A DNA stretch of 61,899 nucleotides, counting the filler, from Deltaproteobacteria bacterium (GTDB taxonomy: Bacteria; JAEEML01), in the NCBI GenBank assembly GCA_016283195.1. It is 6 parts of 6 records of this genome, joined end to end, with 100 filler letters (N's around TTAATTAATTAA, not from the genome) between each part and the next. Parts side by side here need not be neighbours in the genome. Positions count along the whole stretch, not along the records: positions 1 to 21,267 come from JAEEML010000068.1; 5 more parts are not named here. One strand, written 5' to 3'. A program made the translations under genes and the position numbers. Below, piece by piece: positions 1 through 9,370 of this stretch. The notes beneath the pieces are model-generated. The model worked only from the letters and a program-made list of their open reading frames with translations. It was not told the origin of the DNA and ran no database searches. Numbering within the stretch: position 1 is the stretch's first letter; each line of letters starts with the position of its first letter.

Positions 1-882
1 GTGCCCACCAGCCACGGCGAGCGCATTACCATGCGTCTATTAGACAGAAGCTCCATTTTGCTCGATCTTACCGACCTCGGCTTTTCGCCGGAAAATTACA
101 AAAAGATGGATCATCTGATCCATTCGCCGCACGGCATTATTCTCGTTACCGGCCCCACGGGCAGTGGTAAAACAACAACTCTATATGCTTGTCTTTCCAA
201 GATAAATACGCCGGATCGCAATATCTTAACCGTTGAAGACCCGGTGGAATATCAGCTCCAGGGCATTAGCCAGGTGCAGGTGAATCCTAAAATTGAGCTC
301 ACTTTTGCTTCCGGCTTGCGCTCTTTCTTGCGTCACGACCCGGATGTTATCATGGTGGGTGAAATCCGCGATTTGGAGACGGCCGAAATTGCTATTCAGG
401 CTTCGCTCACCGGCCACTTGGTGCTCTCAACAATCCACACCAACGACTCTTCTGGCGCTATTATGCGTCTTGTCGATATGGGTGTTGAACCATTTTTGGT
501 AGCCTCTTCGCTCATCGGTATTTTGGCGCAGCGCCTGGTGCGCACCATCTGCCCCCATTGCAAAAAGGCTTACCAGGCGAGCGGCCGCGAGCTAGATGAG
601 CTGGGTATCGATAGCTCTTCTTCCACTTTGCTCTATAAAGGCGAAGGCTGCGAAGCTTGCGGCTATTCCGGCTATCACGGCCGCGCCGGTATTTATGAGC
701 TTTTAACCATTGATGACGATATCCGCCGCCTGGTTATGGCCAATAGCGATGCCAGTACAGTAAAGCGCACCGCCACCGGCAAAGGTATGTTAACCTTGCG
801 CGAAGACGGTGCCCATAAAGTTTTGGCCGGTATCACCACTACTTCCGAAGTTTTGCGTGTTACCCACGAAGATGAGTTCTAG
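1..882 (+). CDS. gspE: Type II secretion ATPase GspE (5' truncated at window edge)
   Basis: Walker [10 protein letters not shown], Asp box [22 protein letters not shown], His box [10 protein letters not shown], CxxC...CxxC zinc motif; followed by gspF. Confidence 0.93.
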   Translation: MPTSHGERITMRLLDRSSILLDLTDLGFSPENYKKMDHLIHSPHGIILVTGPTGSGKTTTLYACLSKINTPDRNILTVEDPVEYQLQGISQVQVNPKIELTFASGLRSFLRHDPDVIMVGEIRDLETAEIAIQASLTGHLVLSTIHTNDSSGAIMRLVDMGVEPFLVASSLIGILAQRLVRTICPHCKKAYQASGRELDELGIDSSSSTLLYKGEGCEACGYSGYHGRAGIYELLTIDDDIRRLVMANSDASTVKRTATGKGMLTLREDGAHKVLAGITTTSEVLRVTHEDEF

Positions 883-884
883 CT

Positions 885-2126
885 ATGCCGGTATTTGCCT
901 ATAAAGGACTAAATAGCGCCGGGCGCAATGTGAGCGGTATGCTCGATGCCGATAATGAGCGCCATGCCAAGCAGCTACTTAGGCGCGATGGCATTTACCC
1001 TACCTCGCTTAAAGAGACAGCCGGTGGCGGCTCTAGCGGCGGGAAAGGCGGCGCGGCCGGTGCGGCCAGCGATTTGCGTAGTTCCATGCAAAGAGTTTCC
1101 ACGCAGGACCTCGCTGTGGCTACCCGCCAGCTGGCTACGCTGGTGCATGCCGGTATTCCACTGGTGGATTCTCTCGCCGCTTTGGTGGACCAAACAGAAA
1201 ATGTCAAATTAAAATCCATACTTGGTGTGGTAAAGCAAGACATTAACGAAGGCGCCTCTTTTGCCGATGCCTTAACGAAGCACCCAAAAGTATTTAATTC
1301 TCTTTACATAAATATGATCCGCGCCGGCGAGCAATCTGGCGCACTCGATATTGTTTTGAGCCGTCTCGCCGACTTTACCGAAAGCCAGAATCAACTCAAA
1401 AATAAAGTAGTAAGTACGCTGGTTTACCCGGTGATTATGCTGGTTGTCTCGGCTATTGTCGTTGGTATTCTCTTTGTTTTTGTCATTCCCAAAATCACCA
1501 AGATTTTTGAAGCGCAAAAGGTGGCCTTGCCATTTTTGACTCAGGCGCTTATTTTTGTGGCCACCGCCGCCAGCCAGTATTGGTGGCTTTGCATTATGGT
1601 GGTGGCCGCCCTTGTTTGGGCTTTTAATAAATATATCAACAGTAAGAGCGGGCGCGTTAAATGGGATGCCTTTATTTTAAAAGTGCCGGTTATCGGGCCG
1701 CTCCTGCGTATGCTGGCTGTTTCCCGTTTTACCCGCACTCTGGCTACGCTGATGAGTTCCGGCGTGCCGCTCCTTGCCTCTTTTGATATTGTGAAAAACG
1801 TAGTGGGCAATACCATTTTAAAAGAGGCTATCGAGCATGCCCGCGAGGGAGTTAAAGAGGGCGAAAGCATTGCTGCGCCTTTAAAAAGAAGCGGCCAGTT
1901 TCCGCCTATTGTTACCCACATGATAGCGACAGGCGAAAAAACGGGCCAACTTGAAGAGATGCTCACCAATATTGCGACAAGCTACGAAACCCAGGTGGAT
2001 GCCAAAGTAATGGCTTTAACTTCCATCATGGAGCCCATTATTATTGTCATGCTGGGCGGCGTGGTGGCCTGCGTGGTGTTTGCTATTATTATGCCCATGG
2101 TACAACTATCCAGTTTTGCTGGATAA
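885..2126 (+). CDS. gspF: T2SS inner-membrane platform protein GspF
   Basis: MPVFAYKG start, two T2SSF repeats (AGEQSGAL, TGEKTGQLEEML), three TM segments. Confidence 0.93.
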   Translation: MPVFAYKGLNSAGRNVSGMLDADNERHAKQLLRRDGIYPTSLKETAGGGSSGGKGGAAGAASDLRSSMQRVSTQDLAVATRQLATLVHAGIPLVDSLAALVDQTENVKLKSILGVVKQDINEGASFADALTKHPKVFNSLYINMIRAGEQSGALDIVLSRLADFTESQNQLKNKVVSTLVYPVIMLVVSAIVVGILFVFVIPKITKIFEAQKVALPFLTQALIFVATAASQYWWLCIMVVAALVWAFNKYINSKSGRVKWDAFILKVPVIGPLLRMLAVSRFTRTLATLMSSGVPLLASFDIVKNVVGNTILKEAIEHAREGVKEGESIAAPLKRSGQFPPIVTHMIATGEKTGQLEEMLTNIATSYETQVDAKVMALTSIMEPIIIVMLGGVVACVVFAIIMPMVQLSSFAG

Positions 2127-2144
2127 ATTTATAGGAGCTACAAA

Positions 2145-2582
2145 ATGCAAAAGAAGGAATTGAATAAGCGCAGAAGAAGAGCCCAGCTGGGTATGACCCT
2201 CGTGGAAATCATGGTGGTTATCGTCATCATCGGTATGGTCATGGGTATGGTTGGTGCTTCGGTCTTTGGTTCTCTCGGCAACGCCCAGCGCGATGTGGCC
2301 AGCAGCCAAATCAAGAAATTCGGTGAAGCGCTCGACCTTTACAAACTGGCTCTCAGAAAATACCCCTCCACCGGCGAAGGGCTTAACGCTCTCGTTTCTC
2401 CGCCCAATAACCAGGAGCCTTTTATGAAGGAAATTCCCAAAGATCCCTGGGATAATCCTTATAGCTATGTTTACCCCGGCACTCACAATCAGGGGAGCTA
2501 TGATATTTGCTCTAACGGCCCTGATATGACCGCCGGCACCTCTGATGACGTGTGCAACTACGAAACAGCGGGATCTATGTAA
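2145..2582 (+). CDS. gspG: T2SS major pseudopilin GspG
   Basis: Prepilin motif GMTLVEIMVV; YPSTGEGLNAL and PKDPW..PY motifs. Confidence 0.93.
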   Translation: MQKKELNKRRRRAQLGMTLVEIMVVIVIIGMVMGMVGASVFGSLGNAQRDVASSQIKKFGEALDLYKLALRKYPSTGEGLNALVSPPNNQEPFMKEIPKDPWDNPYSYVYPGTHNQGSYDICSNGPDMTAGTSDDVCNYETAGSM

Positions 2583-2597
2583 TTTTTTTGAGGTATT

Positions 2598-3353
2598 ATG
2601 CTACTGAACGCGGCACCAAAGAGCTTCTGCGGCTCATCTTTTAAAAGAAAAAGCCGCGCTTTTACGCTGATTGAGGTCATCATTACTTTGGCGGTGATTG
2701 GCCTCATGATGGGGGTCTCTGTGCCTCTCGTCTCCTCCTTCTCCAAAGCCGAACTGCGTCTTGCCAGTGGGCGCATCTCGGCGCTCATGCGTGATGCTTA
2801 TAACAGTGCTGCTCTTATGGGGGGCACCAGTCGCTTGGTTTTTGACCTGGATGAAGGTACCATTACTCTCGAAAGTCAGGAGCAGGTGCAGTATTTAAAA
2901 AAAGCCGGTGAAAGCGAGGAAGAGCAAAAGGCCAACTCGCTCGATAAAAATAAAGAAAAAGAAGAAGAAGAGGAAGAACATTCGGAAGATAACGAACTGG
3001 CTATCGGCGGTGAAACCATCACTAAAGGCGAGCTGGCAGCTCTGGCTAAGGCCATGGGAATTGGCGGCGGCGGTAGCATGGCTCCCAAAACCACCCTTTT
3101 TTCTTATGCCGATGCCGGAGATGAAAATACCTCTTACACTTTGCCGGAAGGGATTAAATTTGCCGGTTTTTGGGCCGAGCATTTAAGCGATGAATTGCAT
3201 AGCGGAAAAGTATATTTATATTTCTTTTCCATGGGTTATACAGAGGAGGCTATTATTTATATAACCAATGAAGAAGGCACTATCTATAGCCTGGAAGTGG
3301 CTCCTTTAACCGGGCGCATTACTATCCACGATGAGAGGATTCCCCTGCCATGA
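2598..3353 (+). CDS. gspH: Minor pseudopilin GspH-like
   Basis: AFTLIEVI prepilin motif; position after gspG. Confidence 0.75.
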   Translation: MLLNAAPKSFCGSSFKRKSRAFTLIEVIITLAVIGLMMGVSVPLVSSFSKAELRLASGRISALMRDAYNSAALMGGTSRLVFDLDEGTITLESQEQVQYLKKAGESEEEQKANSLDKNKEKEEEEEEHSEDNELAIGGETITKGELAALAKAMGIGGGGSMAPKTTLFSYADAGDENTSYTLPEGIKFAGFWAEHLSDELHSGKVYLYFFSMGYTEEAIIYITNEEGTIYSLEVAPLTGRITIHDERIPLP

Positions 3354-4024
3354 AGCCAAAGCGCGCCGCTATAAGGGAGCGGAGTAGCTCCTTTCTTACT
3401 TTGCCCGGACGGGGCGGAGGCGGTTTTACGCTTTTAGAGACGGTGGTGGCTCTCGCCATTTTGGCTATTTCTCTGAGCTCGCTTTTAACTTCCAATGCTT
3501 CATCGGTAGATGTTATCGGCCGCTCGCGCGACCTTACCGTGGCCACACTTTTGGCTCAGAGCAAATTTATCGACATTGAAGAGCACTTAATAGACGAAAA
3601 ATTCAAGCAGGGCACAGAGAGCGAAAAGGGTGATTTTAAAGACGAAGGCTGGCCCGATTACAAATGGGCCTACGAAGTGCGCGAAATATCGGTTGATCTT
3701 TTGGATTTTAGCCAGGGAGTGGAAAATCTCATCCCCGGAGCGGCCGATATGGAAGATGAGGCCAAAGATGTCATGGAGGCTTCGGTTGACGGCATTATGG
3801 GCACTTTGGGCCCCATGGTTGACCCCTTTTTAAATGATGTGGCCAATTCTTTGCGCCTTATTTATCTTACGGTTACCTGGCCGCGTGGCCGTTATTACCA
3901 GAGCGCTTCTTTTAGCCGCCTGGTGACTACGCGCGATTATTCCTTTGCCCCGCTTTTAGACGAAATGACTAAAGGTCTGGAAGATTCAGCTAATACCAGC
4001 CAAAATCAGGGGGTACTAAGGTGA
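3350..4024 (+). CDS. gspI: Minor pseudopilin GspI-like
   Basis: GFTLLETVVALAIL motif; ATGA overlap with previous gene. Confidence 0.75.
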   Translation: MKPKRAAIRERSSSFLTLPGRGGGGFTLLETVVALAILAISLSSLLTSNASSVDVIGRSRDLTVATLLAQSKFIDIEEHLIDEKFKQGTESEKGDFKDEGWPDYKWAYEVREISVDLLDFSQGVENLIPGAADMEDEAKDVMEASVDGIMGTLGPMVDPFLNDVANSLRLIYLTVTWPRGRYYQSASFSRLVTTRDYSFAPLLDEMTKGLEDSANTSQNQGVLR

Positions 4025-4746
4025 AAATGGCCCCCGGAAAAATGTTTATTTACAGAGCCTTTACCTTGACAGAAGTTATGGTGGCCGTGCTGATTATCGG
4101 CATGATCGGCACTTTAACTTACGGAGTTTTCGGCAATACTTTAACTGTGCGCGACCGGGCTATGGAGGTTGGTCTGCGCTATCATGAAGTGCGCCAGGGC
4201 ATGAAGCGTATGTCGCGGGAAATATCCATGGCCTACCTTAGCCGCCATTACAATTGCCAGGACCGGCGCACCACCACTATCTTTCAAAAAAAGGAGAGCG
4301 GCGGCAGTGACAGCCTTTTGTTTTCCTCGTTTTCGCATATAAAAATGCGCGAAGATGCCAATGAGTCCGATCAAAATATTATCCACTATTTTGTTGAGCA
4401 AGATCCCAAAGACCGCACTGTAAAGTCACTTATGCGCCGGGAGAAAAATCGCATTGACGATGAACCGGAACGCGGCGGAAAAGTTCAGGTGCTGATTCCC
4501 AATATCAAGGAACTTAAGTTTGAGTTTTATAATGAAAAACAAGATGATTGGGTGGATGATTGGGATACCGAACATTCGGATAATCGCCAGCAATTGCCGC
4601 TTTATGTAAAAATCACCGTGGAGGTGGAAGGGGCAGGGCGCAGTAAAGAAGTATTTACCACCAAAACGCAGGTTTATCTCCATTCCACCGATTTTGTGGA
4701 CGGCCTTTTAATCAGCGGTACCGGTTTTACCGCCTGTCCGGAGTGA
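4021..4746 (+). CDS. gspJ: Minor pseudopilin GspJ-like
   Basis: AFTLTEVMVA motif; W..DWD and LP..VKI C-terminal pattern; gene order. Confidence 0.78.
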   Translation: MKMAPGKMFIYRAFTLTEVMVAVLIIGMIGTLTYGVFGNTLTVRDRAMEVGLRYHEVRQGMKRMSREISMAYLSRHYNCQDRRTTTIFQKKESGGSDSLLFSSFSHIKMREDANESDQNIIHYFVEQDPKDRTVKSLMRREKNRIDDEPERGGKVQVLIPNIKELKFEFYNEKQDDWVDDWDTEHSDNRQQLPLYVKITVEVEGAGRSKEVFTTKTQVYLHSTDFVDGLLISGTGFTACPE

Positions 4747-5960
4747 ATAAAATGGCCGAAATTAAAACAAAAAAACAGCATGAAAAAGGGGTGGCATTGA
4801 TTATGGTGCTGACAACCCTTACCCTGGTGAGCCTGGTGGTTAGCGAATTTGCTTTTGAAAGCCGGGTGGAATACCAGGTGGCGATAAATGCCCAAGATGA
4901 GCTTCAGGCTTATAATAATGCCCTCTCCGCTATGCGGCTACGCTCGCTGCTTTTAAAACAGGCCAGCAAAATGGAGAGCACGATTAAAATGCTCTTTACC
5001 GCTATGGGGCTGCCGGCCTCCTCGCTGCCGCCCACTTCGCAAATTATGCAAATGGTGCCTATTGATTGCGGGATGCTCTCCGGCCTTTTTAAATTAAAAG
5101 ACAGCCGCCTCATTCCGCAAACGGCGCTGGAAAATGCCGCTGCGCCGGCGGCCTCCGGCGATGAAGAAGCGGTAAACGCGGTATTCATGGGCGATTGCAG
5201 CGCCGAGCTCATTAGCGAGCACTCCAAAATATCGGTAAATATTTTGCGCAACAACAGTGGCATAGCGCCGCAGCAGACCATTCAGCGCCTTATTTTGAGC
5301 CTCTCTACCAAAGATATGGAAAAGTTTTTTGAAAAAGACGATGCCAACGGCCAACACGCCGAAAAACCCGATGAGCTTGTCTCCGCCATTAAAGACTGGG
5401 TGGACGACGACTCAGAAGAAACGGGCGGTTCGGCCGATGAAGACCGCCATTATCAATATTTGGATGATTCTTATAAAGCTAAAAATGCCCCCTTTGATTC
5501 TTTAGAAGAGATTCAGCTTGTCTATGGCATAAATGATGAACTTTGGAATATTTTGCGCGATAAATTAACTATTTATACTCAAGAAGGCACTATTGATGCG
5601 GCGACTGCTTCTCTGGAGCAGATACTTTTTGCTTTGGGCGCCTGCCTTAATCCGCAGGTTGATCCTTTGCAACTCCAAAATAATCCGGGTCTTGCGCTCT
5701 TTTTGGAGCAAATGCAACTGGCCCGTATCCCTGGGCTCTCTTTCGCCGTTATCAATAGCTCTTTTGTCACTTCGCTTTTAACCGATGCCAAAATCGTCGA
5801 ATACTTTGACACTGCCTGTATAAAGAGTAGTTTTGCCGAGAAGAGCGGAAACACCTGGTTCCGCATTATTGCCACCGGTTCCAGCGGCAATGTAACCAGG
5901 CGTATAAATGCCGTTTTTCAGGCCGGTGAAGGTAAGTATTATTACTGGCGCGAAGAGTAG
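4743..5960 (+). CDS. gspK: Minor pseudopilin GspK
   Basis: GVALIMVL start, IKDWVD, KNAPFDSLEEIQLVYGI motifs. Confidence 0.88.
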   Translation: MNKMAEIKTKKQHEKGVALIMVLTTLTLVSLVVSEFAFESRVEYQVAINAQDELQAYNNALSAMRLRSLLLKQASKMESTIKMLFTAMGLPASSLPPTSQIMQMVPIDCGMLSGLFKLKDSRLIPQTALENAAAPAASGDEEAVNAVFMGDCSAELISEHSKISVNILRNNSGIAPQQTIQRLILSLSTKDMEKFFEKDDANGQHAEKPDELVSAIKDWVDDDSEETGGSADEDRHYQYLDDSYKAKNAPFDSLEEIQLVYGINDELWNILRDKLTIYTQEGTIDAATASLEQILFALGACLNPQVDPLQLQNNPGLALFLEQMQLARIPGLSFAVINSSFVTSLLTDAKIVEYFDTACIKSSFAEKSGNTWFRIIATGSSGNVTRRINAVFQAGEGKYYYWREE

Positions 5961-5971
5961 GAAGGAATACT

Positions 5972-7690
5972 ATGGCTCGTACCGTTATAGCTTTGGACCT
6001 GGGCACAAAAGCCGTTAAGGCGGTGGTGATAAGCAGCCGTTTTAATAGCCGTGAGATGGTGGCTTGCCACACCGTTCCCGTGGCCATGGCAGAAAATGAT
6101 GAAGCACTGCTTACAAATTGGCGCAGTGCTCTTGAAGAACTAAAAAACCTCGGTCTCTCGGCTCAGGGAGCGACGATTATCGCCTCTTACCCCGGCGGCG
6201 GTCTCAGTAGCCGCATTTTGGAACTGCCATTTAAAGAAAATAAAAAGATCGATACCACCTTGCAAGGCGAGCTCGATTTTCAGCAAACTATTACCGATGT
6301 TGGCGATTTGGCCGCCTGTTGGACGCACGCCGCCGGGGCCAAAGAAAAACTGGTTCCGCCGTATCCCGTTATTGTTTCTACCGTAAAACAGGAGCGCCTG
6401 GCAGCTATTTTAGCTCTATTAAAAGAATCCTCTTTTGACCCGCAAATGCTTTTGCATCCGGCAGCCGGTTATCCGGTTTGTTATAAAGAAAAACAAAAAG
6501 TTCTGGAAAAACAGGAAAAGCAGGAAAAATCCAAAGAAAAGCCGGGCGAAAACGGCCTGGAGTCGGCCCCGGCTATAGAAGCGGAAACCGCTCTCTCTAC
6601 TGAGAGCCAAAATTTTGAAGAACTGGAAATAGTGGCCGATATCGGAGCCAGCCGCACCAATATTGCCATTATCAATAGCCATAATGAATTGGTTTTGACG
6701 CGCACTTTAACTTTTGGGGCTAAAGCTGCCGATGGCGAACTGATGACTGCCCTTGGTATGAGCGCCGAAGAAGCGGCCCATTTTAGAGAAACAGAGATTA
6801 CTTTAGGCAGCCTCCCGAATACTGTTGAAGGGCAAAAAGCCCTTTTGATTTTGGAAAGCCATTTTCGCCTTTTGGCCAGTCAGCTCCGCCTCACCATGAG
6901 CCGCCTTTCAGGTGAAAAGGTCGCTAAAATGCGCCTTACCCTGACCGGCGGCGGTTCGCGGCAGAAGGGCATAACCGAATTTTTACAAAAAGAGCTCTCT
7001 ATCCCGGTGAGCCGTCTGGCGCCGGCTACTCTTTTGGGACCGATATTAAAAGGTGCCGAATTGCTGGAAGCCGAATATTTGCCTATAGCGAGCTTGGCGC
7101 TGCTCTTTTTAGTGGGCCCTAAAAGTTCGGCCCTAGATTTTCGCCGCGGCCCCTTTGCCTTTCAGGGCGAACTCCCATGGATAAAAGGGCAAATTATTCG
7201 CGGAGTTATCGGCTGCTTCGCCGTTTTCCTCTGTGCGCTTTTAAGCCAGGGAGTTGAGCTGCATTTGCTAAATAAGCTCGATAAGCATTTAAGCAGCCAG
7301 TTTTGCAAAATCACTAAGCAGACGGTAAAGCAGGAAATTTGTGACCCGCGGGCAGCTATTTCCGCTCTCACCACTCCTACCGGCCCGCAGGGCAGTACTC
7401 TGCCCACTTACTCGGCAGTGGATCAGTTTATCGCGCTTTCGAAGGGCGTGCCGAGTGAACTGGAAGTTGTCTTTTCAAATATTAGCATCCGCCAGACAAC
7501 CGTGATGATAAAAGGTACTTGCAAAGATTTTGAAACCTTGGATAAGCTTGTGGATTCATTGCAAAAATTACCATGCGTTACCGAGGCAAAACAAACTAAA
7601 TCAGGCAAAATAAAAGAAGAAGTGGAATTTAACATCACCATGAAATACGAGTGCCCGGCCGGGGCGACTCCCTTAAGTGAGGCAAAATAA
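5972..7690 (+). CDS. gspL: GspL/PilM-like actin-fold assembly protein
   Basis: ALDLGTKAVK, DIGASRTN, LTGGGS actin-like motifs, one TM and a periplasmic domain; follows gspK. Confidence 0.75.
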   Translation: MARTVIALDLGTKAVKAVVISSRFNSREMVACHTVPVAMAENDEALLTNWRSALEELKNLGLSAQGATIIASYPGGGLSSRILELPFKENKKIDTTLQGELDFQQTITDVGDLAACWTHAAGAKEKLVPPYPVIVSTVKQERLAAILALLKESSFDPQMLLHPAAGYPVCYKEKQKVLEKQEKQEKSKEKPGENGLESAPAIEAETALSTESQNFEELEIVADIGASRTNIAIINSHNELVLTRTLTFGAKAADGELMTALGMSAEEAAHFRETEITLGSLPNTVEGQKALLILESHFRLLASQLRLTMSRLSGEKVAKMRLTLTGGGSRQKGITEFLQKELSIPVSRLAPATLLGPILKGAELLEAEYLPIASLALLFLVGPKSSALDFRRGPFAFQGELPWIKGQIIRGVIGCFAVFLCALLSQGVELHLLNKLDKHLSSQFCKITKQTVKQEICDPRAAISALTTPTGPQGSTLPTYSAVDQFIALSKGVPSELEVVFSNISIRQTTVMIKGTCKDFETLDKLVDSLQKLPCVTEAKQTKSGKIKEEVEFNITMKYECPAGATPLSEAK

Positions 7691-8244
7691 TGGCTTTCGA
7701 AGCAATAAGCGGTAAAATTAACGACCGTCTGGCCGAGCTTTCCCAGCGCGAAAGAATAATGCTGGCTATCGGCGGAGTGGCCGTTATTATTATGATTTGT
7801 TTTATGAGCTCCTTTATCCTCTCTAAAAAAGTGGAAATGGCCAAAACCCGCACTGTTGCTAAGAGCAAGCAACTTTCCGAGCTTATGGCTTTGCAATCCA
7901 CTTATGCCAAAAGAGAGCTTTCCGGGCGCCAGTTACAAAATAAATTAAAAGCCAATAAAACGCGCCTCATCAGCCACCTGGAAACGGCCGCTAAAAATGC
8001 CGGGGTGGAAATAGGCAACATGACCCCGCACGACAGTAACCCCGATAGCGACGGTATTGTCGAAACTTCGGTCACCATTAAATTGCAGCGCCTTTCCATC
8101 ACCCGCTTGCAAGAGTTTTTAATGCGGGTTGAAAGCGGCACTCAGGGGCTGGTTTTTATAAAGAGCTTAAATGTCACCAAACGCTTTGACGATAAAACGC
8201 TCCTTGATGTGGAACTGGCTATTTCTACTTATAAAATAAGCTGA
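7690..8244 (+). CDS. gspM: GspM-like protein
   Basis: LSQRER..L plus N-terminal TM; gene order. Confidence 0.72.
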   Translation: MAFEAISGKINDRLAELSQRERIMLAIGGVAVIIMICFMSSFILSKKVEMAKTRTVAKSKQLSELMALQSTYAKRELSGRQLQNKLKANKTRLISHLETAAKNAGVEIGNMTPHDSNPDSDGIVETSVTIKLQRLSITRLQEFLMRVESGTQGLVFIKSLNVTKRFDDKTLLDVELAISTYKIS

Positions 8245-8258
8245 TTACGGAGTATAAA

Positions 8259-9248
8259 GTGAAGAACATACGGCGTTCTCTGTTAAAATGGCTCGGGTAT
8301 AGCGCCTTTAGCTTTTTTACCTTTTTGCTCTTTTTATACATTACTTTCCCGCGGGAAGCTGTTTTGCATCGCCTTGATGCCGAGATAGCCAAAGCCAGCG
8401 GCGGTAAAGTTACATTAAAAACGCAAAAACTGGAGCTGGCCGGTATTTCCGGTATTCGCTTAAAAGAAGCCAATGTTTTTATCGCTGCCGACGACGGCGG
8501 TACGCCCACCCGCCTTACTGTTGATAGCCTTGAAGTTAAAGTGCATATTTTTAAAACTCTAAAGCGCCTTATAAGTAAAGCAAACGGCATTATTTTAGGG
8601 CCGGTCGGCGGCCTTGATCTAAAAATGGTGCAAGGGGATGGTTCGCTTATAGTTACCATCAGCGAAGAAGAAAAAAGTGCGGATATTTTTGCGAATATGG
8701 AAAATTTGCGCCTCGAGCGGCTGCTCCCGGCTTTGGTTTCGCTGCCTTTTCCCGTGCGGGCCATTACCTCCGGTAAGCTGGAGGGGCAAATAAAAAAGCA
8801 GTGGTACACCAATGGTAAAGCCCGCCTGGATCTTAGCCTGAAGAATGTCTCTTTGGGCGAGGGAACAGTTAAAACCCCGCTTGGCCCCTTTGAATTGCCG
8901 CTGATTGATTTAGGCACGGTGGCAACGACATTGCTTTTGGAAAACGGCTCTTTAAAGGTAGATAAATGGCAACAGAGCGGCAAAGACCTTGTTAATAGTG
9001 ATATTTCCGGCAAGGTTATTTTGCAGAAAAAAATGGAATCATCCTCCATGGATATCGGTATATCTATAAAGCCAAGCAGCGAATTTTTAGAAAAGAACAG
9101 CAAATTTGGTGCCATGATCGCCATGGCTGGGCTCAAAAAAGATACCGACGACAGTTATTCTTTTACTATAAACGGACGTTTTTCTTCGCCAAAAGTTAAA
9201 AGCGGCAAAAGACGCCAGGCCAAAAGCACCGAGAAAAAAGACAAATAA
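8259..9248 (+). CDS. gspN: GspN-like protein (deltaproteobacterial type)
   Basis: N-terminal TM ending LYITFP, beta-rich body; last gene of the gsp cluster. Confidence 0.7.
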   Translation: MKNIRRSLLKWLGYSAFSFFTFLLFLYITFPREAVLHRLDAEIAKASGGKVTLKTQKLELAGISGIRLKEANVFIAADDGGTPTRLTVDSLEVKVHIFKTLKRLISKANGIILGPVGGLDLKMVQGDGSLIVTISEEEKSADIFANMENLRLERLLPALVSLPFPVRAITSGKLEGQIKKQWYTNGKARLDLSLKNVSLGEGTVKTPLGPFELPLIDLGTVATTLLLENGSLKVDKWQQSGKDLVNSDISGKVILQKKMESSSMDIGISIKPSSEFLEKNSKFGAMIAMAGLKKDTDDSYSFTINGRFSSPKVKSGKRRQAKSTEKKDK

Positions 9249-9305
9249 CTTTTAAAATCGGTATATTGGCTTTATGGCGCTTAAAGCTTAATTTTCGGCG
9301 CCATC

Positions 9306-9334
9306 TTGACAGGAACTGGCATCTTACTTACCAT
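9306..9334 (+). promoter_or_regulatory. Putative sigma70 promoter
   Basis: TTGACA-17 nt-TACCAT, 36 nt before the ATG at 9371. Confidence 0.5.
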
Positions 9335-9370
9335 GACATATCAGTGTTAGGGCTAACCTTGGAGTGAGCT